Virus record (IMG/VR): IMGVR_UViG_3300049489_000283
Coordinates: 1-64,000 of that record
Source: a virus
Reading direction: 5' to 3' (one strand)
Length of the DNA stretch: 64,000 bases
In this document: in pieces, positions 47,801 through 56,841 of the stretch
Position numbering within the stretch: the first letter of the stretch is position 1
Layout: every line of letters starts with the position of its first letter
Made by a program: the position numbers and the translations under genes
The notes under the pieces: model-generated
Seen by the model: the letters and a program-made list of their open reading frames with translations, nothing else
Databases searched by the model: none
Told to the model about the DNA's origin: nothing

Positions 47801-48181
47801 ACATTTGAGGCGATCGGGTCAACTGTCATGTCGTGCTGTGGATCAATTCCAGGGTGCCCAGGCTCTGCTGGAGGATACGAAGGAGCTTATCTCTCTGATG
47901 GGTGCCCCTCTTACACTGGCGTGACGATCCGCTACACGAAGCACGTCCCGGCCTGGATTGGGAAGGATCTTCCGGAGATTACTTTCGGTTCCGCTGACAG
48001 AGATCGCCCAGACATCGACGTGATTGTCAACGCGGCCAAGAAGCTAACGCTTACCCCAAAGTATTCTGGGGCTGAGCTTGGTCTTGGTGGACCGAACGTG
48101 GGCGTCACTGCTGGGGTCGAGGCGTGCTATGAGATCGAGAAGAAAAGCGTCAGTGGGACCACGTTCACGATAGGGAAGTGA
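44849..48181 (+). CDS. Large Thr/Pro/Cys-rich tail tip or receptor-binding protein
   Basis: 1110 aa, N-terminal GNPGCKCCGC, tail-operon position. Confidence 0.55.
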   Translation: MSFKTGNPGCKCCGCAGQYWDFSVGQYFPTAHCLVHTRRVIDVSAVTTTVTKVYVGGVLNSTNTSSAPAVESSEEIETDTIDDIAAAGRFRFVLHDVIVNSNPVTTVTAGSAESGNYTTTTVSTKTTTEETVYVDRRLTLQFLVADEYRFGKNYPDGSDVLKKAFVDFTVSKFFYGPTQKTDPNTLSVDGFYIAVDAELPADIAEFDALVGDTADSHTYGSGYQSKEMLPLIPSGTVSTVSILFDITDTDTGAQIDNTNLLISERSLPLPTPTGTLNWREALRRTSDGVYETLSELPIQDYLLDFFPAFYTNALGVQGTEITFEFFTKDEEGANEIHYEQTWWAEPTGVEAPKFSPADPPRYYWEVKSDGSAGAWVHGRPAIPQATWPGTPLTLALGVPVASFTVRDEVISIPGGYQIREGVKYNYVSIPYHVPDDEVPLPAMFMRIRVSSPVTDLGLARWTDVQHKKEERNLECPESVACRDISPYHHPEFKLKSISIPGFTLKPLESVTYAGCGTVFQTKTLQANPDLKWVRFGEYTVTYAQEYRPTSSPVYYVSQTVVTGSRPAQCAPGCAAATWLPAVDISEYDYHIIWGPPSSAPIYESATSVSAYKCNSRPFKSLVTVNPPDVGNDPFFFLAYCNNDGTGTRYISSYALPYNVYEVNNTWQFETEYQHYDEPTVWDYESTDASATITVGVAIRYPFDEQTFLPPIPPPFATKGILLRGATHGDGLLFMPLVRNVAATTWKCIHQVFEPDQSELLTVDQVTEVRGWMSTTDTDIRYWYKAENLHQSFDSTLEYEPQEETGFEAPEEELTVSVTASITSVGFAAPNQTDTEWCVGPSFLRGFGTTIIAACAFTNYPNSGIEIPPYPFDQVTDPCQCPDWIVNNAPPFPSTFADSKFSFRKFIVDAGTAFGHYTCSPTPVLNIATSSFSSNEVVGWPSTSPPTFSQGDAVDLRYAPTGGVGVILSSHIPTGTPPGAGEWAGTFEAIGSTVMSCCGSIPGCPGSAGGYEGAYLSDGCPSYTGVTIRYTKHVPAWIGKDLPEITFGSADRDRPDIDVIVNAAKKLTLTPKYSGAELGLGGPNVGVTAGVEACYEIEKKSVSGTTFTIGK

Positions 48182-48546
48182 TGGACATCGAGAACCTCAC
48201 CTACGAGTGCTATCGCTGCGGCGCGATGGCGATGAATTGCATGTGCGAGACTGGACCCATGAAGCGAGTTGGCGTCGGGGACGCGGTCGCTGAGCAGATT
48301 CCAATGATCGTCAAAAGGGTGATGTTCCCGAACGGCGACTGCGGGTGCGAGGATCTGGCCAAGGAAATGAACGAGGCTGGTCCAGACGGCGTGGAGGCGA
48401 ACATGGACCACTACGTCGCTCAGATAGCCAGCAAGGGTCCAGCGCTAACCATGCCGCTTAACCAGATGGTGGCTGCGAACTGGATACAGAACGCGATCGG
48501 GATGGCCAGATGCGAACCATGTGCAAAAGGTGCGGAGCAGCAGTAG
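48181..48546 (+). CDS. Cys-rich hypothetical protein
   Basis: CYRC, CMC, DCGCE; GVGD.VA. Confidence 0.6.
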   Translation: MDIENLTYECYRCGAMAMNCMCETGPMKRVGVGDAVAEQIPMIVKRVMFPNGDCGCEDLAKEMNEAGPDGVEANMDHYVAQIASKGPALTMPLNQMVAANWIQNAIGMARCEPCAKGAEQQ

Positions 48547-48746
48547 ACCGGCTACCGTGTCCTCGCTGCGAAGAGCAGGAGGAGAAGGTTCTTTGTTTCC
48601 TGGAGATTTGCCGGGAGAATACTTGCCTTGCCCATGAACGCGAAGGGCCAAAAGATCGCTGCCTGAAGCTCGCTAACCCGTGCCAGCTTGTCCATCTGCT
48701 CGGCGGCAGTTGGCGGTGTCCGCTGGGTTTACACGACTACATCTGA
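48510..48746 (+). CDS. Cys-rich small protein
   Basis: CKRC, CPRC, CPLG. Confidence 0.5.
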   Translation: MRTMCKRCGAAVDRLPCPRCEEQEEKVLCFLEICRENTCLAHEREGPKDRCLKLANPCQLVHLLGGSWRCPLGLHDYI

Positions 48747-48761
48747 CCGAGGGACTCAATC

Positions 48762-50954
48762 GTGCCAATTTCCGTTCTGAATCGAGCCGGGTATTACGAC
48801 TACGGCAACGGCCTCGATCTCGCCAATCCATCTCCGTTCAACTACGGGGACAGCGATGGAGGCATCGACAACGAACAGTGCGTGATGGAGTTCGACATCA
48901 ATCCGAAGGCGATTGATACGTCCGTTCCAGTCACGATAAAGTTCAGGCATCAGGGTGGTTACGTTGGAACCAAGAAGCTCCGTCGATGGAAGAACGCCTT
49001 CCCGACTGACTTCGCCACGATGACTTCGACGACGGCGCTCGATAGTGCGACGAACGAACTGACGTTCACGGAGTCTGCCGCAGAGTCTGTGGTCACTCTG
49101 GACATCAAGAACCTTGTTGCCGACATGGCGACAAACAACCAGCCAAAGGTGATTCTTGGTATCCCGGAAGGCGCGGTGGTCGCTGGGGCTTCGATCTACA
49201 ACGACGCTGGTCGCAAGCCAACCCTGACCTACACGCTGAAAAGCGTTGCCCCGGACCATGGCTGGTCGCCATCTATCGACTTCGCCTCAAATCCAGCTCT
49301 GAACGACCTGATCGGCTCCGCTGATCTCACCGCCACAAGCATAACAAGGACCGCCGACAACACGCTCGGAGGCAGGTGGTACTGGTCGTTTAATGGGCTT
49401 ACATCGAAACTCGAAGGAGATGTTGATCAGTCGCTGTTTGCCGGGTCGTCGGCGAAGTTTAGCGGGGCGGCGTGGATCTACAGGCCGTCCGGCAGTATCT
49501 ACTCAATCATGAATTCCTATACCTCTTCCGGCAACCTCCGGCAGTGGTACTTCCAAACGACGACAGGGAACCAGATCTACCTTTTGGTTGCGGATGCAAC
49601 TCAGACGAACTGGTACACGTTTCAGTCGAACACGACGGCGCTGGTCAGCAATACGTGGTATCACGTTGCGTTCTCATATGATGCTTCGTTGAGCGGATCG
49701 GCCCGAGGGAAACTTTGGATCAATGGCATTAGCCAAGCGATCACCTTTAATTCGAGCGGTGTCCCAACGATCGCAAATGTCGCTGCGCAGTTCACTATCG
49801 GGATGAGAGATGGAGCGAATCCCTTCAATGGTCGAATGGACTCCATGTTTCTGTTCATGGATCACGTTCTGACGGAAAGCGAGGTTGTCATGCTGGCGTC
49901 CAGCAGGCAGGCTGGGCATAAGTGGCTCGGGGACAATTTCGAGTCGTACTCGGGAGGAGCGTCAGCGAGTACGTTTTATGGCTGGTCAACTGGGTCTGAT
50001 TCTCCACTGGTCACCCTGGAGACCACGAATCGCTGCGGGATCTATACCAATTCATCCAGCTCAACCAATGCCTGGATGGAACGCATTGCGGAGTTGACTG
50101 GCGAAATCGATTACGACTGGATGGCGGACACGTCCGGAGAGACCGTGTACGTCTCCGTCAATGGGTCGGTGGTGAATACTCACACCAATGGAGGCGCTGG
50201 GACACTGACAGCAGCGTCGGTTAGTGTGACTGCCGGTGACTTGGTTCGGTTCGCGTTTACGACCACGAGCAATGACGCCGCGATCGACAACATCAACTTC
50301 ACTGACGCCCCAAGCGCGTTTGATCTGTTTGTCAACAACGCAGACGTTCCCGTGGTGATCGACGGGTTCAAGGTCTCGGTGAATCTGACTGTCAATGGAG
50401 AGGACGTTCCGGTCCACGTTGGCGCAGGAAGCATGTGGGTTGAGACGTTCCCTGTGAATGGCATTGACATCCCTGTCGAGATCACTGCTGGGGTGCTTTC
50501 GACGAACAGGGTTCTGACGGTGTTCGGAATTGACGTGCCGATCACGATCTTCGGTCAGGTTGGTGCCAACTTGAGCCTGACGGTGAACGGGGTTGCTGTC
50601 CCCGTGGTTTTTGACAGCGTCCAGGTGATCGGGAATAACCGCCTGAACGTCAACAACATTGACGTGCCGGTGACGGTTGAGCAAGTCAACATGCCGTTTA
50701 ACCTGTACGTCAATGGGGTCGATGTCCCGATCACCATCTCCGGGCAGGTTTTGCGGTCAAACGATCTGCAAGTCAATGGCTTGGATGTGCCGATCACGAT
50801 CGGTCAGGTTCCTGTGGGAATCGAGCTGAGGGTTGATAATGTCCAGATTCCTGTAGAGATTGATGGCGTTAGGGTAACCAAAGGGGTCGTCGATCTTCTC
50901 GACCTGTTCGGTGACTCGCTGTTCAACGATGAATTGGTTGACACGATTTTTTAG
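48762..50954 (+). CDS. LamG/ConA-like domain virion protein with nine C-terminal beta repeats
   Basis: FSGAAWIY...NTWYHVAFSYD...KLWING...FTIG...FNGRMD. C-terminal L.VNG.DVP(V/I).I repeats. Confidence 0.75.
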   Translation: MPISVLNRAGYYDYGNGLDLANPSPFNYGDSDGGIDNEQCVMEFDINPKAIDTSVPVTIKFRHQGGYVGTKKLRRWKNAFPTDFATMTSTTALDSATNELTFTESAAESVVTLDIKNLVADMATNNQPKVILGIPEGAVVAGASIYNDAGRKPTLTYTLKSVAPDHGWSPSIDFASNPALNDLIGSADLTATSITRTADNTLGGRWYWSFNGLTSKLEGDVDQSLFAGSSAKFSGAAWIYRPSGSIYSIMNSYTSSGNLRQWYFQTTTGNQIYLLVADATQTNWYTFQSNTTALVSNTWYHVAFSYDASLSGSARGKLWINGISQAITFNSSGVPTIANVAAQFTIGMRDGANPFNGRMDSMFLFMDHVLTESEVVMLASSRQAGHKWLGDNFESYSGGASASTFYGWSTGSDSPLVTLETTNRCGIYTNSSSSTNAWMERIAELTGEIDYDWMADTSGETVYVSVNGSVVNTHTNGGAGTLTAASVSVTAGDLVRFAFTTTSNDAAIDNINFTDAPSAFDLFVNNADVPVVIDGFKVSVNLTVNGEDVPVHVGAGSMWVETFPVNGIDIPVEITAGVLSTNRVLTVFGIDVPITIFGQVGANLSLTVNGVAVPVVFDSVQVIGNNRLNVNNIDVPVTVEQVNMPFNLYVNGVDVPITISGQVLRSNDLQVNGLDVPITIGQVPVGIELRVDNVQIPVEIDGVRVTKGVVDLLDLFGDSLFNDELVDTIF

Positions 50955-50963
50955 GATTCACGG

Positions 50964-51371
50964 ATGGCTTACTTCGTATCCCAAGACGTTCGCAATGAAG
51001 CGCTTCAGTTCATCAAGGATGAGACTGACCAGATGGTCGTCCTCCAGGGTGCTCCGGCGAACTACACGGAGGCGAGTACGGCGCTCGGCACCGGCAGCGG
51101 CAAGAAGATGGCCCAGGTGACGCTGGTGTCAGGCGACTTCACTCTGGCAGACAGCGTGGACGGTGGCCGCAAGGTGACGGTCGCGGCCAAGAACAACGTC
51201 ACGATCGATGTGGGCGGCAATGCGGACCATATTGCTTGGCTGGACACGTCCAACAGCCGGATCATCGCCTACACGCAGCTCACGGTCACCCAGAGCGGCC
51301 TGATTGCCGCCAACACGGTCAACATCCCGGCACATGCTGTGACCCTGAAGGTCGCGGTCGTCGCTACCTAA
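50964..51371 (+). CDS. Probable virion structural protein
   Basis: DFTLADS.DGGRKVTVAAK...G.ADHIAW.D. Confidence 0.6.
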   Translation: MAYFVSQDVRNEALQFIKDETDQMVVLQGAPANYTEASTALGTGSGKKMAQVTLVSGDFTLADSVDGGRKVTVAAKNNVTIDVGGNADHIAWLDTSNSRIIAYTQLTVTQSGLIAANTVNIPAHAVTLKVAVVAT

Positions 51372-51388
51372 GATCCAGAGAACCACCG

Positions 51389-52279
51389 GTGCCAATTCAA
51401 CTCGATCGTCTGGCGACGAATTTCCGGGCTCGTGTGCGTCTGCTCGATGCGGGCCGCAATCCGGTCACTGGGATTGCGTGGAACGCCGCCGGGATTCAGG
51501 TTCAGGTGCTATCAGAGGCGGGGACTGGGTTTGCCAACCAGACGCTCTTCAGCGGAACGGTTGGAACCTACCTGTCCAACTCGTGGGCTGAGATTGGCGA
51601 CGGATGGTATCAATACTGCCTCCCCAATAGCTACATCGTCCCGGACACCCAGGTGCTGATCCGCGCGAGAGGCGTGGGCACAGATCCATGGTGCTACGGG
51701 GTCGTGATGATGACCGGGGCCAAGGATCTGATCATGGGTCAGAAAACTCCGGCAGACAACACAGTCGGCGGTCAGCTCGACAAGATCGTCTCGGATTCGA
51801 TCGATACGGAGTTCACTGGTCCATCGAACGCGACCCGTCAGTTCCCGACAGCGACCACGTTTGCAGAGGATGCGGACGAGGTGTTGTACGCCGGATCGGA
51901 CTGGATCATGACGTTCAAGGACGTTGGAGAGGTGACGATCACCGACAAGATCGAGTTCGCGGTCAAGTCGGATCTGGAGGACACGGACGACGAGTCGGTG
52001 CTGACGATCAAGCTCGATATGTCAACGCAGATCGCCACAGTGACTCGCCTGAACTCCGCGCTGGTCAACTACGTCTCAGGGGTCGCGATGAGTTACCGCG
52101 ACTACCTGGACCCCGACGACAGCCTTTGGAAGAAGGAGGTGATGGTCTTCATTCGGGACTCGATCACTTCCGAGATCTCTCCGGCGACTTACCACCGTGG
52201 GCTCAAGGTGGTCGGGAACAGCCGCGTGCTGTCTCAGGACACAATCGAGGTCAAACGGCCAGTAGTCCGCTCGTTCTGA
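51389..52279 (+). CDS. Probable virion/baseplate-associated protein
   Basis: PVTG...WAEIGDGWY; GTG start inferred. Confidence 0.55.
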   Translation: MPIQLDRLATNFRARVRLLDAGRNPVTGIAWNAAGIQVQVLSEAGTGFANQTLFSGTVGTYLSNSWAEIGDGWYQYCLPNSYIVPDTQVLIRARGVGTDPWCYGVVMMTGAKDLIMGQKTPADNTVGGQLDKIVSDSIDTEFTGPSNATRQFPTATTFAEDADEVLYAGSDWIMTFKDVGEVTITDKIEFAVKSDLEDTDDESVLTIKLDMSTQIATVTRLNSALVNYVSGVAMSYRDYLDPDDSLWKKEVMVFIRDSITSEISPATYHRGLKVVGNSRVLSQDTIEVKRPVVRSF

Positions 52280-52292
52280 TCGGAGCCATGGA

Positions 52293-52805
52293 ATGGCGAT
52301 GATTCTTGCTCTCTTGCTTGCGCTGGGCGGCGATCGCTCCGGCGCACCGGCTGAGGATTTTGTTGATCTCATCGAGGTCAACGTCGTCTGCAATGAGTAC
52401 GGGAACCCCGTGCTTGCCCAATTGATTTTCTGGGACTGGAGCAAGACCAGAGACACGTTCGTGGTGGTGGATTTCCAGATGCTGAGCAACGTCTGAGACA
52501 TGAGCGACCAGGAGGACAAGAGAGCGTTCGAGGAGCGTCGTGAAGAGTACCTGAAGGCTCACAAAGAGATGGACCGGATTGACCTGCGAGCGTCGAAGGC
52601 GATGGAGTACAGGGGCAAGCTGGATCTCGGTCGTCACCAGCCGATTCTAGTGAACGGGCTTTGGCGAGTCTCGTTTAACGACGGCGATGTGCTTCGGATC
52701 GTGAAAGCCAGGTCGATGCGAGAGACGTGGACGGTTTCCGATCCAGAGCGGCTAAACCGTAGGGTACTTCGAGAGGATCGCCGACGTGGGCTGAGCGACC
52801 GTTGA
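52293..52805 (+). pseudogene. Secreted-type protein gene interrupted by one in-frame TGA (52494-52496)
   Basis: ORFs 52293-52496 and 52500-52805 are in the same frame. Joined, they give VDLIEVN...QLIFWDW...DGDVLRIV.A.S.RETWT.SDPER. Confidence 0.55.
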
Positions 52806-52869
52806 AATCGGACTGAGCAGCGAATCGAATCCCTGATGTTCAAACAACACTTGAATTCAGGGAAGAGAA

Positions 52870-53244
52870 ATGGCTTTCACGGTACGAGTCACCAAGGGTG
52901 CATCTGAAGGAACCACTTCAATTTCGAGCACGGTGGACCATACGGTCGAGACCGTGACGAAGATGCAAGAGGTGTTCGCCGACGGCGTCACCAACGGGCA
53001 GGTGCTGGTCGCGATCGACGTGAGCCAGCTCAAGGCTTTCGCGATGGTTAGCAATGTGGCGCTGACCGTCAAAACGAACAGCTCCGGTTCTCCCCAGGAA
53101 ACATTCGCGCTGGTAGCCAACAAGCCGGTGGTGTGGCAAGAAGGCGAGGCAGCCATCTTTGCTGGTGACGTGACTCAGATCTTCGTTACGAACGCCAGCG
53201 GCTCGTCGGCTACCCTCCAGGTCATGATCGGCTTGAACGCCTAG
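52870..53244 (+). CDS. Hypothetical beta-rich protein
   Basis: Clean ORF with RBS. Confidence 0.6.
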   Translation: MAFTVRVTKGASEGTTSISSTVDHTVETVTKMQEVFADGVTNGQVLVAIDVSQLKAFAMVSNVALTVKTNSSGSPQETFALVANKPVVWQEGEAAIFAGDVTQIFVTNASGSSATLQVMIGLNA

Positions 53245-53350
53245 TCAATGCTGGCGATCGCCATCTCACGATGGCTCTTTGCTCACGAATCGCCAGCGGG
53301 GCGTCTCCACTGGCTTCTTGGTTTTTGTGGTCCCAGGAGTTGCATCCAAA

Positions 53351-53902
53351 ATGCGTTCGATCCGAAGTTTCGTTGTTGGCTTGTTCTTGCTTGCTACATC
53401 GAGCCTAGCCGTTGGTCAGGGGCCGCTCTGCCCTCAGTCGGAGTCAGAACGGCAGTCAATGGCGGTCGCGAAGAACGTAGCGATTACTGCTAGCAATTAC
53501 GCGATCGCTCAGGCGATTGCAACGACGCCGAAAATGAACGAAGTGTATGGGCTTTTGGCGCAGGCTTCCGCCTGTCCAGGCATCAACTCGGCAGATCTGA
53601 ATTTTCCGTTCTACGACATGGGAACCATACAGAGTCTGTGGGATGAGGCAAACGATGACATGGACGCCGGGAGCGACGATCTGGGGGCTGGCCAAATAGA
53701 TGAGTCAGCCGGGAATCAGGCGAGATTGAACGGCGACTGCGGCACAGCAACGGTGAAATTCTACGACGCGAGGATGGACTACCAGAAAGCGAAGCTGCAT
53801 TACAACAACGCCTACAACAAGCGAGTGGGCGTAGAAAAGTCGCTAGCGGAGCTGAAGCTCAGGCTGCTCCTTCTTCTCGATCAAGGCGGCTGCGGAGCCT
53901 GA
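53351..53902 (+). CDS. Secreted helical Cys-containing protein (paralog A)
   Basis: Signal peptide; shares Cys spacing with the next gene. Confidence 0.65.
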   Translation: MRSIRSFVVGLFLLATSSLAVGQGPLCPQSESERQSMAVAKNVAITASNYAIAQAIATTPKMNEVYGLLAQASACPGINSADLNFPFYDMGTIQSLWDEANDDMDAGSDDLGAGQIDESAGNQARLNGDCGTATVKFYDARMDYQKAKLHYNNAYNKRVGVEKSLAELKLRLLLLLDQGGCGA

Positions 53903-53998
53903 TCTGAACTCGATCCAGAACCTCATGCAGAAGCTGCATGAGGACGAGTTCGTTTAACAGTCGTTGTTTTGGTTCTGCGTACTTTCGAGAGAGAGACT

Positions 53999-54559
53999 AT
54001 GAAGAGTTGGGTTTTGTGCTTGTGCGCGTTGGCTGTCGGTGTGTTTGTTTGCCTACCGGCCCAGAAAGCTAGTGCTCAAGGCTGCTACATTACCGAGCAG
54101 TGGAAACAGCAAGCGTGGCAGGCGATGGACCAAGTGGAGCAACTCAAGAACGCGACGAGTGCCGCCGCTGCTGAGTGTAACACGCTTCGGTCACAGGTCA
54201 TGATACTGCTCAACCGAGCGGGCGGCTGTCCTGCCCTCGCTGGCAACATGGCAGGATATGAAGCAGATCTAGCCGCCGCCGATCAGGATGACTCTGATGC
54301 GGAGGCTTACTATATCGCTGGAGCCACACCGCGAGCGGCTGCCATCGCTCACTACGACTCGGGACTTGCATGGTATTACGGCTGGAATAGGTCACCCAGT
54401 TGCCCGCTCGCGACCGCTGAGTTTCAGGCCTGCGTCAGTGACGCCAATGCTGCGGCGATCCATTACACGAACGCTAAGAACAAGCAGCTAGCTTGCAAAG
54501 GCAAGCTCCAGGCATTGAAGCTCTTGCTCGAAACGGCGTTGCAGTGGTCCAACTGCTAG
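53999..54559 (+). CDS. Secreted helical Cys-containing protein (paralog B)
   Basis: Signal peptide ending ASA-Q; C..AT.(K/E)F...D...A..HY.NA.NK...L..LKL.L. Confidence 0.65.
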   Translation: MKSWVLCLCALAVGVFVCLPAQKASAQGCYITEQWKQQAWQAMDQVEQLKNATSAAAAECNTLRSQVMILLNRAGGCPALAGNMAGYEADLAAADQDDSDAEAYYIAGATPRAAAIAHYDSGLAWYYGWNRSPSCPLATAEFQACVSDANAAAIHYTNAKNKQLACKGKLQALKLLLETALQWSNC

Positions 54560-54577
54560 CGATGCCATAAAATAGCG

Positions 54578-54609
54578 AAGCCCGCTGGAGAGTATCCAGC
54601 GGGTTTTTT
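54578..54609 (+). terminator. Intrinsic terminator
   Basis: CCCGCTGGA-GAGTA-TCCAGCGGG-TTTTTT. Confidence 0.8.
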
Positions 54610-54626
54610 ACTTCACGAGGATTGTC

Positions 54627-54815
54627 ATGAGAGTTTTTAATTCCGTCCAGTTGACAGCGATGTTTGCTGGGTTTCCGTTCCTGCTGAATTGGCTTGGCAG
54701 TGCCGAATTTAAGCTAGCTGAAGTCGGATTCTATGTCGGCTGTTTGGCCTACGTTTGGATGTTCGGCGCGATGTCAAGCATCGTTTACGATCAGCTTGGA
54801 AAAGAACAGAACTAG
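54627..54815 (+). CDS. Small two-TM membrane protein
   Basis: GAGGA RBS; two hydrophobic segments. Confidence 0.55.
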   Translation: MRVFNSVQLTAMFAGFPFLLNWLGSAEFKLAEVGFYVGCLAYVWMFGAMSSIVYDQLGKEQN

Positions 54816-55201
54816 ACCGCGTGGATCTTGCCGTCGTCACCGACATAGAGATCCACGTTTCCCCAAGACTTGCAGGCTTCGGTGAGCCGCTCACCAGCCT
54901 CATCTGGCCAGTCTCCGTCCCAAAAGCCAGCGCCATGGCCGTTCCTGGTAAGCCAAAAGTCATGGGCAGCCATCTCTAGGCAGCGGCTCAGATCGCTGGA
55001 GTACGTTTCGATGTCTTTCATGTTGTCGAGCATGAAGGCTCGGCAGTCAGCGAGCATGACTTTGAGCGTATCTGGGTGGATGTCGTCAGGGCCGTAGAGG
55101 CTGTCGAGTGGAGTATCGTCGGAGTCGCAGGACGACCACAGGGCCGTCTCGATGTAGGAGCGAAGGAACGTCTCGGTGGAGTGGGATAGCTTGGTGGACA
55201 T
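54812..55201 (-). CDS. Conserved phage early-type protein
   Basis: YIETALWSS...HDFWLTRNGHGAGFWDGDW...YVGDDG. Confidence 0.75.
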   Translation of the reverse strand: MSTKLSHSTETFLRSYIETALWSSCDSDDTPLDSLYGPDDIHPDTLKVMLADCRAFMLDNMKDIETYSSDLSRCLEMAAHDFWLTRNGHGAGFWDGDWPDEAGERLTEACKSWGNVDLYVGDDGKIHAV

Positions 55202-55224
55202 GGCTTGTTGGCTCTCCGGGGTGG

Positions 55225-55554
55225 TTAGACGTAGTTGGGCATGTTGTGGATCAGCGACACAGTAGATCCGCCAAAACTGTTGATCAGGTCAGCGATCGCC
55301 ACGGCCTTGTCTCTGTCTTTCCGCAGTCCATCGATGTTGACATCCATGAGCTTGATGAAAGCGTATCGCTCCCACCGTGATCTCTCGTAATTCCAGCGAG
55401 CCACTTCGCAGTAGCAGGACTCCGAACCGGAAAACTCGGCGCGAGCCAGGATCGATCCGCGATCCATATTTGCCAGCAACAAAAGTTCTTCCAGTGTGAT
55501 GGTGTGTCCGTGTCCGTACAGCGTGAGGATTTGGTTTTCGATGATTCTTGACAT
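55225..55554 (-). CDS. Hypothetical protein
   Basis: ORF in the minus-strand array. Confidence 0.6.
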   Translation of the reverse strand: MSRIIENQILTLYGHGHTITLEELLLLANMDRGSILARAEFSGSESCYCEVARWNYERSRWERYAFIKLMDVNIDGLRKDRDKAVAIADLINSFGGSTVSLIHNMPNYV

Positions 55555-55565
55555 GAGGAGATCCC

Positions 55566-55847
55566 TTAGACGTAGTGAGGCAGTTTGCGGACAAAGCTGT
55601 CACGGTGGCGGTTGACGTGCGACACGATCTTGAATCGATCGCGGTTCTCGGAATATCCGATCGCGTTCAGGAACCGAGGAGCATCGCAGTCCTCTTCCAG
55701 ATAGGCGAACTTGCCGTCGCGCGAGCGGTACGAGTAGCCAGTGATCTGGTTGTCGATCTTTGCGGCCACGAGGTCGGCCACGGCGACCTTCAGCCAGCCG
55801 TGACCAGGGTCTGAGTAGAAAGCGTAAGACTTGACTTTGGCGGACAT
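55566..55847 (-). CDS. Conserved small phage protein
   Basis: SDPGHGWLKV...YSY....YLEEDCD; AACGGGAG RBS. Confidence 0.75.
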   Translation of the reverse strand: MSAKVKSYAFYSDPGHGWLKVAVADLVAAKIDNQITGYSYRSRDGKFAYLEEDCDAPRFLNAIGYSENRDRFKIVSHVNRHRDSFVRKLPHYV

Positions 55848-55916
55848 TTGTGACTCCCGTTGTGGTTTGCTGAAATGGGCGACTGAGTTGCGGTCAGTCA
55901 TTCCCACAATAGAACA

Positions 55917-55943
55917 GGCCCAGATCCAGTTGGATCAGGGCGC
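55917..55943 (-). promoter_or_regulatory. Conserved bipartite promoter-like motif
   Basis: GCGCCCTG-N14-GGGCC. Confidence 0.75.
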
Positions 55944-55949
55944 TGATTC

Positions 55950-56489
55950 TCAGAAGGATTTTGCACAGACCGGGCCGAGCCCACGAGCGACTGACTCCGG
56001 GTCTTCCAGTGGGCGACCGCACTTGGCGCAGGTGCCAGTGATGTCGCCGAATTCCTTCATCCGGGCCGCCGGGTTGGCCGCGATCGCGTTGGCGATCTCT
56101 TCTCCCAGGTTGTCCGGTCTTGAGATCCGTCCGTCAGGTCGAACCATCAGGAGCGTCTTGCGATCGTTGTACTCCGACCCGGTCGCGAAGAAGGTCCATT
56201 CGGCCCACTTGCCTTCCTTGGGGCGAGAGACCTTGTAACGCTTGCCCTTGTAGCCGTAGGAGGCGACAGGGACTTCGTTCAGCGGGATCGGCTTGATCCA
56301 CAGGGTCTCGATCTCGCCATCCAGGGCGTTGATCAGCGAGACCGCCTTTACTCGGTCCTTGTATTCCTTCCATAGCTTGCGGGCCAGCGCCAGCGCGTCG
56401 TCGCGGCTGTTGAGGACAGCGTCTGATTCGATGGGCGACGCGCCTTCCAGGGCGATGTCAACGATCCAGTTGGTGGTTGCGGTTGTCAT
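55950..56489 (-). CDS. DUF6011-like zinc-ribbon protein
   Basis: FG..TG.CAKCGRPLEDPESVARGLGPVCA. Confidence 0.75.
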   Translation of the reverse strand: MTTATTNWIVDIALEGASPIESDAVLNSRDDALALARKLWKEYKDRVKAVSLINALDGEIETLWIKPIPLNEVPVASYGYKGKRYKVSRPKEGKWAEWTFFATGSEYNDRKTLLMVRPDGRISRPDNLGEEIANAIAANPAARMKEFGDITGTCAKCGRPLEDPESVARGLGPVCAKSF

Positions 56490-56494
56490 GTTTG

Positions 56495-56770
56495 TTACTC
56501 CCATCCGTATTCCGAAGAAACTGAGTCCATGATCTCTTCCAGCGTGCTGCCGGTGATGACTTCACGGGGAGAGCCGTATCGCCAGACCTCAGCGCGAAAC
56601 AGATCGTTCGAAAACCAGACCATCGCGTAAAAGTTCCATCCCGTGTATTCCGAGAACACTTCACCAGCACGATCGCGGAGCGAGTCGGCCAGCCCAGGAG
56701 CGATCGAATGATCGAAGTTCGTCATGCCGACGCCAAGCGACTCCATCGACGTGTTGATTTCTGATTTCAT
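56495..56770 (-). CDS. Hypothetical protein
   Basis: ORF in the array. Confidence 0.6.
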   Translation of the reverse strand: MKSEINTSMESLGVGMTNFDHSIAPGLADSLRDRAGEVFSEYTGWNFYAMVWFSNDLFRAEVWRYGSPREVITGSTLEEIMDSVSSEYGWE

Positions 56771-56841
56771 GCTTGTCACCGCTTTGTTGGTTGGAAAGAA
56801 GAAAGATGCCGCTCGTTTCGGGGAGCGGCGACCCGTGGACG

